This document shows positions 14,495-27,338 of a DNA stretch of 64,000 nucleotides, one piece after another (position 1 is the first letter of the stretch; each line of letters begins with the position of its first letter). Origin of the DNA: Paraphysomonas bandaiensis (Eukaryota > Protista > Chrysophyceae). Location of the stretch: NCBI GenBank assembly GCA_965644295.1, contig CBFFRP010000363.1, positions 434,001 through 498,000 on the forward strand, in the 5' to 3' direction. The notes beneath the pieces are model-generated. The model saw only the letters and a program-made list of their open reading frames with translations, did no database searches and was not told the DNA's origin. A program made the position numbers and the translations under genes.

Positions 14495-17400
14495 ATGCTG
14501 AACGCGCCTCCAGCGAACAAACAAAACAACACAGGGTTTATTGGTACGCGGAAACCAACCTGCGCTCTTGCACTGGACGTCAACCTCGAGGAGCTGAAAC
14601 GGCTTAACGGACTTGAGTCTTTGCGAGAGTATATAGTAAAGGAGAAGTGCTTTCCTCCGCATGTGTCGGCACAGTCAAATGCACCGTAAGTTAAAGTTTT
14701 GTGTTAATTTCTTACTTGCTAATGTAGTGTTGAAATATAGAATTACAATTGATGAATTGAAAAAGCTCGCTCGGGCATGGAAGCTAAATGAAAGGAGAAA
14801 CTTTTGGAAAACGCACACCACACAAGATCAACTCGTAGAGGTACTGCGGAAGCACATACAGGATAATATAGCCCCGAATCAGTCGAAGCCTACGCCTGAG
14901 CCTCTGCCCCAAATTACTACTCTGCAGAAGCCAGTCGACCACCACTCTTCACCAAGAAAAAAAGTCGCTGGGTTCAAGCCTCAATTTTTGGCTAAAAAAG
15001 GAGTGCTACGATTTTACTGTGGTCACAAAGTTCAGACTAAGATACGCCACACTGATGACATTATCACCCGCTCTCGATTTTTTGCATTCCCTGGAGATGA
15101 CAATCGCTTGGATAGTATGATTCAGAATTGGCGCTCGGAAGACTTTTCCCAGGACCGTTCTGTTGTGGACACAGAAGCAGATCTTCCGGCCGAGAGCATG
15201 AGTATGACTTCGTCAAAACTTGAAACAAAGATGGAAGAGACAAAGGTGGCCATGATTAGCAAGCAGAAGATGGAAAAACAGAGGGCATTATCTGTTCACC
15301 TTCTTACTTTTTCTGCCTCCGGAAACTTTACAGGAAGCTCTGTTAACCGCAAAGCGGTTGAAACATTTCTCGATGTTGGTGATTCTACTGATACGGATAC
15401 TGTTATAAACGCAGCTCTTGCGATCAGTAATATTAGCTCTTCGAAATCTGTTCGCAACCTCCTCATTGAACTGAACGCTATTCACCGCTACAGTGGCTTT
15501 CTTTCACATCTAACTACTCCAAATGCTGCCATGGGTTGCGGATTGTTTTTTTACTACATGTCGTGTGACCCAGAGAATGAAGATCGTGTTTGTAGCGCAG
15601 GCTTTAAAGCGTTTCAGCGCAACGCTATCTCCGAAGACTTTCAGCTTCGTATTATCACTCTTCAGTGTCTTTCTAATCTCATGCCGTGCTCGGAGCGTCT
15701 GCGAGTTGCAGAGTTGGTAGTCACCACTCTGCACCATATGTACCGAGACTTTCTCGATCAAACATGGTCCACTGAAGTATTTCGAGTTCTTCTCAATGTT
15801 ACGTGCTTTACTAATACGCTCAGGGCATTGGTTGATGCGGATATTATGGATATTATATCAGTTGCAGCTGCAGAGGTTCATGATGATCTCAGCCATGGGC
15901 GCATGCTAGCTCAAATCATGAGCCACTTTTTGTATCAGATGGATCTTGCTGAAGAATTGGTTCAAGCGGACTATAGCCGAATATTCATTGATTTGCTTGG
16001 TTTAGAAGATCCAGAGATTACTAATATGTGTATGCACGCATTTGCGGTGATGAGTGCAAGTGACAACTATGTATCGAGCATATGTGATTCAGACATTCTT
16101 CATATCGTGTGCTCCTTCGTTGCCAGCTCAGAAGACCTTCCCAAACAGACTGTAGAGGACATAGCGCGTTATTTGTGTAATGTGTGCCAGCCCACTCTGA
16201 AGGGTATAGAACAGCGGGTGACTGATGGTGCTGCACATGCTCTATTAGAACTGTTCCGCTTGAGTCCTGATCCTACCGTGCAGTACTTTGCCATACTTGG
16301 ACTACGTGATTTATTGACAAGTAAAGCTAATTGCGCCACACTATTTGAGGTTATTACTCCGTCTTTATTGGATATGCTCAAAACAAGCACTGGATCGCTG
16401 GATGTCAATGTTGTTCAATGCGTGAACAATATATGCTGCGCCCCTCAGTGCCACGACAAACTCATTGAGCACGGAATTGATATGGAGATCCTTTCCATTC
16501 TCAGACATGTGTACATCCACGAGTCTGCTGTTGTTATAGGCGCATTTGTGCGTGTATTAATTCTTATGGCAGATATGGAGTGTGTTGTCGAGCGCTTAGT
16601 GAATGACAACATATTCCAGTTCCTGCTACAGCTGGTAGAGTACACCTACGATAAGAACGCGCCAGCCAATAGCAAGGATATATGGATTGATATTTCCCGA
16701 TTGTTATTAGCAATTATTACTATCCAACCGGTACTGTCCGAGGAGCACCAAGATCAAGTTGTTAAAATTCTTCCAAAGATTGGTACGAAGGGTGCAAGTG
16801 AAGAAATTATTGCGGATTGTGCCATCGTTCTTGCATTTTTAAGTTATTCAATATCTGATTTTTCGACAGTGGATCCGATTATTCGGTCCATTTTGCACAT
16901 ATCTGAAAGTGACGCAGTAATGGAAGCAGCGTCAACTGTTCTATATAATGTTGCATGTAGTGAGGACGATGCGAAAATGCTTCTTGCAGATGGAATGCTT
17001 CACATTAACATAATGATTAGAATGATGCGGAATGGATCTGCGAGGGTGCAGCAGAATGTGGCGGAGGCAATGCGACTCCTCTGCATTAAACCGCGGTGCA
17101 ATGAGTTGCTGCTGAAGAATGATTTACTGTCAGATTTCATTGTAATTGCCCTATTGCGCACTAATAGTACATCTGTTAAGAAAGTTTGCAGTGAGGCATT
17201 CTTCAATATGTTATGTCATAATGCTACTCGCACGAAACTTTTACAAGGTGATCTCTGGTGGGCAATGATGCGCTTATCCAAAACGGAAATTGAGAGTGTA
17301 CGGATGGTGTGTGCGAGAGCAGTGTTTAACCTAGCCAGTGATCCCCATAATATTCGCGCCCTGAGATCGAATTATATCCTATCGTTTGTCAAGGAAATTG

Positions 17401-19415
17401 CATATGATGGCAGCAGTGATTACTTGGATATATTCCTCATTGTAATCAACAATATAATGATACATGCAGAGCGCGATTCGGAAGAGTCGCTAAATCACAC
17501 GGAAATTGTTGCTATCATTCAGATTTTAATTAAATCTATATCGAAGTCACAGTCCCTTGTCACGTCTCAGTGGATCGGCTACCTACTTAGTCGAACAGCG
17601 GAGCTTAGTATTGATGGGGCGGAATTAAATGAATTCATTCATATGGATGTGACGATGGAAATGAAGTCAAGTGCAGCTTCATGGTCTGTAGATATGGAAT
17701 GCAGGAGGCATTTCTCATCAATGCTTTGTGTTCTTTGCATGCAGCATGCCTTCACTACTGCCACGCCATTTCAAGAAGTTTTACCGATTGTGACTTTGCT
17801 GGTGAGCCATCAGCAAACGATATCGACTGATTCAGGCCAAACTGTCCAGGCACTACCACTAGACACTACGATATGTGAGAATGTGTGCTCAGTTGTACTG
17901 AGCTATTGTACACGGGGGCAAATTGAACCACAGCAGGTGGTGTTTTTACCATTTTATTCTCCAGTTATGCTTCTCTCTTTGACTGGAATGTCGCCATTCA
18001 TGCTACAAGCCATACAACGACAAGGTTCATACGTAGGAAACAGGAATAACGTTGATTTGGATATGGCTGTGTCAAAGTTGTCAGTAATATTTTTGCGACT
18101 TATTGTGTTCACTCTCCCCACTATGTGTGACACTGTATCCAGCACAAACACAAGAAAAAGCAAGGATGGTCGGATACTTGATGTTGTCTCCAGTATTCCT
18201 GTTAAGGGTTTACTTAATTCGCAGTTATTTTTAGATTCTCGCACCCGAGATAATGTTATTCACACTATTCACGCGTTATGTACAATTGAAAAAGTTGCAG
18301 AAAAGTTTATCTCTTCCGGCATTTTTGAATTCTTATCAACATTACTATTGAATGATACATTACGAAATACGACATCCTTCATCGAATTCTGCTCTGTTAT
18401 TGCTCGTAATTTAGCATCGTTTACATCACTAATTCCACGTATTGTTAAAGCATCCTCTATAGATGAGTTCCTCGGCCATATTGCTCGTTTTCAAGTGGAT
18501 GCCTCAAAGCTGTCTGTGCGTAAGCAGCAGCAACTGGAAGCTTTGCGTGTGGAAAGGTTAGCCGATGTAGTGGCGCTGCTGCTCAGAGTCAGCCATTCGA
18601 AATTGTCATCTGAGGACCCCATTTCACCTCAATCTGTTCTGGCCCTTGTATCCGATATTACGGAGTCTACCGATGATGTTTCAATCGGACATGTAACAAA
18701 GCTTATAATTGGGCTCATATTGGATAAAACAGAAGATAAAACCAGCTTCGATCCATCGTATGTACGAGCTATACTCTCTGAAATTAATGCAGAAGATGCT
18801 TACGATAGCACTAAGGAGCAGCAGTTTCTTCAGCCTAAGCAATTAGCAGCAGTCAAAGTGGATATATCATTGGTTCCTGTAGAGCACCGTGGACGAAAAA
18901 CGGTCGAGGAGATGACGACAGAAAACATTGATGCACTGTGGACTCCGATTGTGGCAAACGAGCGGAAGAAAATGGAATACTTTCCTACCGAAACAAGCAG
19001 CATGGCTGTTGCCGGTGGAGGCAACATATCTGTACCAACCTCGAAGGGAATCACAATCGAACCAGTTCAACCTATGCCGATGCATACATACGAAAAAATT
19101 ATCACGTCATACGATGTGCTCTCGGAGCCGTCAATTACTGCAAGTAAACGAGAGCGAGAGGAAACTATTTTAGGCGCTTTTAAGGATCCCAAGCGCGAAG
19201 TTTTAAGTGTATTAGAAGAGAGCACAGAATCATCCAGTAATGCTTTAAATATCGACAATGATATCAACCCAGAATTTATACCTCACCCTCCAGAATCAAC
19301 GAAATCGTCGTCATCTGCCGGTGGAAGGGGAGGACGTGTTAACGCTGCCAGGGTGGCTTCTCCAACAAGTACATTGCATAAACAGCCTCATAGAACAAGG
19401 GCTGCTTCGAAGTAA
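14495..19415 (+). CDS. Large Armadillo/HEAT-repeat protein (~1600 aa; short exon 1, intron ~14686-14740, then a 4.7-kb exon)
   Basis: 1584-aa ORF with repeated ARM-like helices (NAALAISNIS, AASTVLYNVAC, VCARAVFNLAS). ORF 14495-14689 ends at a gtaagt donor that splices into the long ORF. Confidence 0.8.
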
Positions 19416-19808
19416 TATTTAATGAAGTGTTTTTTGTTTGAAATTTGCATGCAGGTTTTGTGGTGAGAGCGTTGTGAAATATTCCGACTAGTTGAAATTG
19501 TCCTATATGATACCAATAGTTTGTACTGCCGTAAACTTAAGTATAATAACAACTCATTGTTGTCGTCACGATTATTTAGGCACAACCCAGGCCTTGTGCT
19601 GGAAACAAAGATATTCAACGATGATGGAAATTATAGTTATGTGAAACTCGTTCCAATATTAAATATATCTATCTATCATTCACACATAGCTATCAACGCT
19701 TCAGGTGGCCTATGTATGAGAGACGTGACACATACACACAACAATGATGATAACCAAAGAGAGCTGGTAAACCGCCCAACTTGCCCCTTGCCCAGGTACT
19801 TAATAGGT

Positions 19809-20600
19809 TATCCTCATTTTGTTTCAAAACAAGCTTTTCTTTGACCTGATTTGGACTCAACAGAGTGCTCATATCAGCACCGGGCAAATAAAGACATTCA
19901 ACTTCAATACGGCTCAACAGAAGCTCACTTCTATCTTAATTATGTTATTGACAGTCATAAGTATGTATGTGATTTCATTATACTACATAATTAGAGAGAA
20001 ACCACAATCGTGAGTCAACTATACAAAGCTGATCATCAAGCACTCCAAGTTATATTCCACCCTTCGACTGACGATGTGGAAGATCATAATGATGTCAGTG
20101 CAGTGCAAGCAATTTATCTTCATATACAGGACTTCAAAACAACTTCAAGAATATATTCGGAGAGTTTAAGTTCCATATCTGATGCTGTATTGGTGGTAAA
20201 GGGCAGTGGAATCCAGTTCTTTTGGGGTTATTCTTATGAGGACAATGTGTGCCTCATATCATACTCAATCAGGCACACTAGCAGGGGTTAAGCGTATTGT
20301 ATATATAAATGCGGTGATGATGCTAGTTAAGACAATAAGAGGTCATTCGTGCGACTACAACTGTTCACATTCATCATCAACTATACGAATTTCAACACCT
20401 TGCAGTTGTTAGTCCCTCAGTATCCTTCTGTGGTAGGAGTGCATTTATTGTAGCTAGCTATTATATATATAAATTTGGGGGTTTATTGTTTGAGCTGATC
20501 TAAAGTGCAATTGCTATTCCCAAAGCATACACAGCCACTATACATACCATTCATTTGAAACAATATGTATTATCTTTTTTTGTATATGTTAATCAGGAAA
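19809..20600 (+). repeat. Dispersed repeat family R1 (likely decayed DNA transposon; TIR-like end tatccccattttgtctca)
   Basis: Collinear, diverged similarity to 49873-50530 and to the inverted copy 50968-51568. Confidence 0.8.
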
Positions 20601-20647
20601 CACATATTCTTCTTACAGCAAGCAAGCTACTAATAGCTATACAATCT

Positions 20648-20785
20648 AATATTAAGTTTTCAACATCATGAGGATAAGCTGCAATTTAACCTAGGGATAA
20701 GGAGTATCGGGCTTTTCGCCCTCGTTTCAAAATTTTAAACGCGGGACGATATAGCCTCCTTATTGCCCGTGATTAAATATAACTA
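20648..20785. mobile_element. Palindromic non-autonomous element, copy with one hairpin arm deleted
   Basis: Matches 49702-49872 (tttaacctagggataaggagtatc...gggcttttcgccctcgtttcaaaattt...gggacgatatagcctcct) but lacks the ~32-nt left arm. Confidence 0.7.
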
Positions 20786-21216
20786 AATGAACATTTACAG
20801 ATTTTTGGATAAATTAAACATTAAACTAAGCGTTTTATGCATCAAACATGATATCTATACAAAAAATAGTAGTTTTTAATTTTGAATTTAGATCTACCAT
20901 TCCACGGAAGTATAATGGCCGCTAATATGCCGTGCCAACTGCTAGCCTTCCCGCCTTGACCCCTACTTCTGTATACTATTGGCTTTTTACTCTTTACAGG
21001 AGGTTATTCTATGCTCATAATATGAAAGTGTTCAAACTATTGCCAACAGTATTATTATTGAATGCACGCGATGTGGTCTACTTCATGGTCGCAAAATATA
21101 TCTTCACTAATACTGAATACTTTATATAGTCCATACGGACGTACTTGGAGTCTCTATTGTGGTGAAACAAGTAATTTCACTGTGAATATGTGCTACAAAC
21201 TATGCTATATACGATA

Positions 21217-23817
21217 CTATAAAGCCCCAACGAAGCACTTGCTATCATGAGGACTGCAATCCAAGTGAAGAATGGAGGGAATAGAGTTATCTTTTACTCG
21301 CCTTTGCTGGATGTGAAAGTGCCCAAATATCATGTGCCACATACGCTCATACTGCCCAGTAAGTGAATGCCCGCCCCATGGATCTTTCGTAGTCGTATTA
21401 CAACATCCTGGAATATCATAGGATCCATTTATACCGGCTAGCATCCTCTCATAGAATGACCTTGGCCACATGTGAATAGCCTTTCGACTAACGGCAAATT
21501 GTGCGGAGGAGTATGTATGGGCATAGTCATAAACCGGCCCCATGAACTTGTAATCCTGGAAAAGATAATTCCAAGTACCGTGCCGGCATGCACCAGGAAC
21601 ACCTGCACACCCACAGCAGGATGCCCACGATGGAACAGTCTTATAATGTACATTGAGGTGAACAAAATGAACAGGGGGGGACTCATGTCGGCATTGCTCG
21701 GACCATGCCAACAGACGATAGAAGAGTGGGAAGTGGATATGGGCATGCGGCGACGTATGTAGAAATATAGTCTGATCAGCCAGTGTGTCGTAGTAATCAA
21801 CAATGTGAGTCAGGTACGCCGTAACTTCCTTGCCGTTATACACTCTGTCAATACAGTGACGCTGGGTAACACGATCACCGAATGCTAACAAAGGTTCGTC
21901 GTCCAAGAGAGTGATAGTCCGTTTTTTCTCAAAGTCACTCTCGCGAAGTCCATTCTCATCTCCGTGAAGCCACTCCTTAGCTTTCGATGCTGGCAAGCAG
22001 AATGGACATTTGTAGTACAACGCTGCAGCTGCTTTCGACGATAGCGTAGAGAGAACATCAAAAAGCCAGTCAAACTCAATCGGTCCTTCTTCGCAACATC
22101 TCGGTAGAACTAACTCTAATTCGAGGTCTGTTCTGCGGTCTCTTGCTAGCGAAGTGTGAAGTAAGTTTTTAGACGGCGGCGGGGAGACAGCTGCAAGCAT
22201 TCGGGAATCAAAATCAGACACATGAGTAGTTCCATTAGGACTTGGATTTGTATACCCGTAATATTTCATTGGATCGTATCCACCCAGCTTACGGGATGTG
22301 TAGGTGGAACGTGTGTTGGGCAAGTGTTTCCCACGAGAGGCTCTAGGACTGATGCGACCATTTTTGGGTAACGTTTTCCCGACACTTGCAGATAATAATC
22401 CAGGTGGTGCACCAATTCGTCCAAAATTTTTGAGGTCATACGGGATGCGATTATCTACCATCGAACAGTTCGAAATGCGAATAGATTGGATATGGTCACC
22501 AACATGGTCCCACAATCGTTGAGGGGCCTTACCATGTATTGTGAATCGAAGAAGCTCGCCATGCCAGTAGGGGTAGTACAACTTAGATAGAGAATATGAA
22601 TCACTGAAGAGCTTACGTACATGATCAAATATTTTTGTCAGATACGCGGAGTCGGTAGTGATGTTGGGCTTAATGAAGTACAATGGCAGATCGGAAAAGA
22701 GGGTACGAGTTCTCTCATCAGTTGTCAAAGAATGAGATAGCAACGGGACTGCACCAAAAGCCATGGCCTCCCATTCGCAATGAGAAAGCATATTCAAATC
22801 ACTCGGAGAGAGAATAAATTTGTACCGATGTAACCGCTGGTAGTACTCAGAGAGCGTGGAGATATGGGACGAGTCACTCTCATTCACATCATGTGGAGAG
22901 ATGTCAGGACTACCCCCATCATAACTGCACGGTAACGAAGGGTACTGTGACATTATACGCTTCATATTTCCCGACTGCCTGGCACAGGAACAGTCAAGAA
23001 GTAGGTCTCGTGTTTGTGAGGATCTATCGAAGTCTGGAGTAGAGAGAGCCTTCGATGCGGCTAGTGTACTGCGAACGCCCACAGGTAGCAATCTTATTCT
23101 CTCCTTCCATTGGGAAGATTCCATGAACTTTCGTAGTGATGGTGTTATCGTGGATGAGCCATCAGATGAAACTGGCGGGCTGCATGGTGGTTGCTGAGTG
23201 TAATACATGTGCACAAAAGGATTCGACGCATGCTCCACACGTTTCATCATGTGTTGCACAGTTGTGAGCGATGTGCACACATATCGTGCATTAATGAGTA
23301 TGAGGCGACGTCCTTGCATAATTCGCATATCTGCTTCGTTCGCTTTATACACAGTAGCAAATTCATAAGATTGGAATTGGCGGGCTCCAATGATACCAGT
23401 TGCTTTCATTAGCACAGCACTGGCGGAGCGCAACAAATTGCTTGTTGACGCCAGCAAGAGATGACTTTCATCACTAGTTGCTATGTTTAATCCTTGAGCA
23501 GCATTTAATGTGTCTATAGCGGTTTCGTTGTTCGATATGCTGTGAGAGGACTGAAAGTGACTGAGACAGCACTTGAGACAACAGGACACATCATCAGCAG
23601 ATAGGGACCCGATAGGTACACGAGACTGAAGACATGTGGAGCTGTATGAGTGATAGTCGCATGATCTGTTCCAGTCACATCGTCCCGTCTTCCCCAATAA
23701 ACAATCAAGAGGAGCGTCCGGCTCAAAGAGGACGCCAGAGCCTGCTGCTCCTGACAACACACCGCAGTGTCCCGCCTGGATCAGTATCAGGACCACTGCG
23801 GACAGGAAGGGGAGCAT
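21217..23817 (-). CDS. Secreted/Golgi protein with exostosin (GT47)-like domain and C-terminal DUF3431 domain, single exon
   Basis: 866-aa ORF; signal peptide MLPFLSAVVLILIQAGHC; YYQRLHRYKFILSP..SHCEWEAMAFGAVP (GT47-like C-lobe); GKEVTAYLTHIVDYYDTLADQTIFLH, AQFAVSRKAI..PRSFYERML, ERMWHMIFG (DUF3431 motifs). Confidence 0.75.
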   Translation of the reverse strand: MLPFLSAVVLILIQAGHCGVLSGAAGSGVLFEPDAPLDCLLGKTGRCDWNRSCDYHSYSSTCLQSRVPIGSLSADDVSCCLKCCLSHFQSSHSISNNETAIDTLNAAQGLNIATSDESHLLLASTSNLLRSASAVLMKATGIIGARQFQSYEFATVYKANEADMRIMQGRRLILINARYVCTSLTTVQHMMKRVEHASNPFVHMYYTQQPPCSPPVSSDGSSTITPSLRKFMESSQWKERIRLLPVGVRSTLAASKALSTPDFDRSSQTRDLLLDCSCARQSGNMKRIMSQYPSLPCSYDGGSPDISPHDVNESDSSHISTLSEYYQRLHRYKFILSPSDLNMLSHCEWEAMAFGAVPLLSHSLTTDERTRTLFSDLPLYFIKPNITTDSAYLTKIFDHVRKLFSDSYSLSKLYYPYWHGELLRFTIHGKAPQRLWDHVGDHIQSIRISNCSMVDNRIPYDLKNFGRIGAPPGLLSASVGKTLPKNGRISPRASRGKHLPNTRSTYTSRKLGGYDPMKYYGYTNPSPNGTTHVSDFDSRMLAAVSPPPSKNLLHTSLARDRRTDLELELVLPRCCEEGPIEFDWLFDVLSTLSSKAAAALYYKCPFCLPASKAKEWLHGDENGLRESDFEKKRTITLLDDEPLLAFGDRVTQRHCIDRVYNGKEVTAYLTHIVDYYDTLADQTIFLHTSPHAHIHFPLFYRLLAWSEQCRHESPPVHFVHLNVHYKTVPSWASCCGCAGVPGACRHGTWNYLFQDYKFMGPVYDYAHTYSSAQFAVSRKAIHMWPRSFYERMLAGINGSYDIPGCCNTTTKDPWGGHSLTGQYERMWHMIFGHFHIQQRRVKDNSIPSILHLDCSPHDSKCFVGAL

Positions 23818-24390
23818 TGGAGAGGTGGGTCAGCTATACGGTGCTGTGATCTGCACCAATGTCCATGCAACTCATCTCATATACACGGGAGCATCCATAG
23901 TGAAGAGCGGAGAGTAGATCACGGTGCAGTGTACCTACCATACACATACAGCAGCATTGCGCATGATATATGCGACTATTCGTACAGCAGAGAAAACTTC
24001 GTACAAGTATACAGGGATATACATCAGTGTATGCGTGAGGAGTGGCATGTACATGTATGTATAGAGAGCCCAGCAGAATATCTCACCACAAGTACCAAAC
24101 AATGGGCCATTTTTTGGTATATGGTGTGCAAGTACACACACTTGGAATTCCAACTGGAGTTGTTGGTTTTTCGCCTACAAAACTAAGAAACTGGAGGTTT
24201 TTTATCCACAACTCTGGATTGTGTTGCAGTCATATACCGCACATAGAGGAATACACCTATACGTACAGAGTACACTGTACGTCGTAGTCGTATACATATA
24301 TACTCTACATGAGGAGGGTACACAGATATGCTACGAGCCCCTCTCCATATCAGCCCAGAGTCATTTGAAGAGCTCGAATCAAGCATACAC

Positions 24391-25499
24391 ATGTCCGAGA
24401 GTCGAGCCTCGCACAAAAAACGCAAGAGGAGTCACAAGGCATCTAGTGAGAGCCCGTCTGAATCTGTTCCCTGTCCAGGTCCATGTCTACACAGAGACGG
24501 CGTCAGAGGGATGTCCGGCGAACAGACTCACAATAAATTCAGTAAAATGAAATGGGATTTTGAAGTGGATTATAATGATCACTTCGAAACACCCCTTCAG
24601 GCATATGTGGACTTATTACCAGCCCTCGCTGAGGCTGCTAAAGACATTGACAAACCCTTACACGAGTTGATTATATACGACCCCTATTACTGTGATGGTA
24701 AGATGATGGAGATGTTAACTGATATGGGGTTTCGAAATGTGGTCAACAAGAATAGAGATTTTTACGTTGATATTGAATCTAATAATATTCCAGGTATGCA
24801 GGAAGGCATGATAATATTTGTATGATTGTGTTTATCGTATTCTGTCACTTCAAAGATATTAACTTTTTGTGTTGCCTCTAGAATACGACATACTTGTCAC
24901 TAACCCACCCTACTCTGGTGAGCACAAATCCAAACTTCTGCAGTATCTATCCGGAATTACCAAACCATTTGCACTTCTTCTCCCGGCTTACACTGCAACC
25001 AAATCCTATTGGAAGGAATTCGTTCAATCTGAAAATACTCGGTGTAAAAATCACACGGGCTGTTCGACATCTCTGGCTTCTTCTGTATTATACGTGCTTC
25101 CCCCTGGTAGTTATGCGTATAGTCATCCTGAGGGTACGGGGAAAGGGGTGCCACCATTTTATTCGGCATGGTTTATTGGGGGCGGATTCTCGTCCATGCA
25201 GAGGTATGATAATAGTTACCTTAAGAATGTATGAATGTTGCTGTATTTGATGAAATCTGTCGTGTTATATTTAGAGTAATCGTGACTTACGACTGCACTG
25301 CAGTGTCCGCATGGCGTATACCCGATCCTCCACACAGGCCTTTCCGGGCTTGCGTGAGCACCAACCATCGGACTGTTTGACAGTGCTTTCTTCCGTGGAA
25401 GCTTTGATAAAAAGAGGGTATGTGACAGATAGCAGCAAGAGAGCTAACCCTAAAGTGAGAAAGAAGCAGAATCAGAGAAAGGAAAGTAATCGAAATTAG
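24391..25499 (+). CDS. N6-adenine-type (NPPY) SAM-dependent methyltransferase, 3 exons (~24391-24793, 24881-25203, 25275-25499)
   Basis: Motifs DHFETP, IYDPYYCDG, YDILVTNPPYS, PFALLLP, PPFYSAWF; basic NLS-like termini (KKRKR, KRANPKVRKK); GT-AG introns link ORFs 24328, 24869 and 25311. Confidence 0.8.
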
Positions 25500-25783
25500 T
25501 CTTTATAGTACCTGTAGTCTGGTGATGTGCGAGATATGCTTCCATTTCCGACGTCATAATCGATGGTATTATTATTAGAAATGAGCATAGTACACACCGT
25601 GTAAGTACTACTGATAGTAAATCATATTATATGATTATACTTTTCTCTCTACGAGAAGTAGTCAACATATCGTTTGAATGTAATTAGTGTAAATTTTACT
25701 AATTCTGGCCTAATAGCCATTCAAAATTTGAAATTGAGACGCATATTGCATACCTTAACTTATGTATGATGTCACTACCTCAT

Positions 25784-25929
25784 ACAGGACAGAGACCTGG
25801 CAGCAAGGAGTACACAGGCTGTAGGATCTGCAATTCCAAAATCACCGACAACGTGAATGTCCCCGAAATTCTAAAAAGTTTGCAGACCCTGAAGCCTGTG
25901 TACTCCTTGCTGCCAGGTCACTGTCCTGT
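25784..25929. repeat. Fold-back inverted repeat at the broken end of the gag relic
   Basis: gacctggcagcaaggagtacacaggct (25794-25820) is the exact reverse complement of 25893-25919; pairing extends imperfectly on both sides. Confidence 0.9.
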
Positions 25930-26719
25930 TACCTCCTTCTGCTTCGATCTGCATTGTTCAGTAGTATGATTAATAATAATATCTCTTTTTGAACAGTAAC
26001 GACACTTCTTCTTCGACGAAGTAGACACTCTCTCCTTCTTGCGAGGCTTGTCAGTGTAATTCACCTTCTCCGTAATCCTTCGCTTCTTGTCGAGGATTCG
26101 TCTTCCAGCCTTCGCGTCATCGAATTGTTCTATCTTCTTAGATAACACCTCATATGTAATATCATCAGGCAATAAATACAGAGCACAATTCAATGATTTA
26201 TATTCCTCGTTAACTAGGCCTTCCTGTAGACGACTGATTTTTGAAATTTCCGTTACCGATTGATTCAGCGCCTGAAGTTCTCGGAGTAACAGCTCAAAGC
26301 GCCGCACATAATCCTTTGCGGTTTCATCCGGCTGCATTCAAATGACCCGTACTGGGTTAGTAGGTCTCCTATCTTATTTTGCTTCCCGCCTTCAGAACAA
26401 GATTTCAGAGTCTTAATCTCTGATTTCCTTCCTCTGCTTTGAACTCCTTATGTTTCAGATGAAACTTCTGGAGTGCCTTCGGGGATCGCTTCACCGCTTC
26501 CCTGCAGTACAAATATTCGATACCATTGGCCTTCTAGTAAACCTTTCACCGCTTGCTTGCATGGCTTTGCCTCGATCTTGTTCAACGCTTCCGAAATCCT
26601 CCTCTGTTCCTTGTGCATCAAGAACGTCTCGAAGTCTTCAATCTATTGGTCGACGTTGTTCTCGTCGAACCATGGTACATTGACTCTATCCTCCTTCTCT
26701 CCTCCGCATTTGCTACCAT
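25918..26719 (-). pseudogene. Decayed Ty1/copia-like gag fragment
   Basis: MVANAEE..VPWFDENNVDQ*IEDFETFL (stop codon), then MQPDETAKDYVRRFELLLRELQAL..KISRLQEGL..YKSL..ITYEVL and the Zn-knuckle-like CRYCSKR..HTTEQC; frameshifts/stops; no pol or LTR seen. Confidence 0.7.
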
Positions 26720-27338
26720 ATTGACTATTGGTAATTTCAAACAATTTAGATCGTTAAAAAGAAGTTTATAGTATTTAAACTAGATAGACTCGATTATTTT
26801 ATCATAGGAAATTATGCGTTATCATGTCGCTCAAAGACACCAACAACAAAATTTTATACTTCTTTCATCAACTTCTGATTAACTTCCGTATCTTGAACCG
26901 TCATGATACTTCAGTTTCACATTATAGCTATATAGTATATTTGACTACGTATTACAGTTTTTCACATTGTTTTCACCGTATTCTACAGTTCTACCTTAGA
27001 GAAGCATAGGTATTCCGACACTAAGATACGTGTTACAACAATACAAACTCTATTGATTTGGCGCGTATTCTTATATCCAAGATTTACGACATTTAAACGA
27101 CTCAATTTTGAACTGATATATCTGCTCAAATATACTTATTTCGGGACCTACGGCTATTTACTAGAACTTCTATGTTAAATAACTGTATTCCAATGTTATA
27201 CTATATGAAAGCAAGGCTTTACTTTGTCAACACGCAGCACACTAAGCACATGAAGTGACATGATATCAAACTGGAGTGGACGATATCTGCTTAATTTTCA
27301 AAAAATAGCCGTCTTCTCCACTGGTGAAAGGTGTACTA

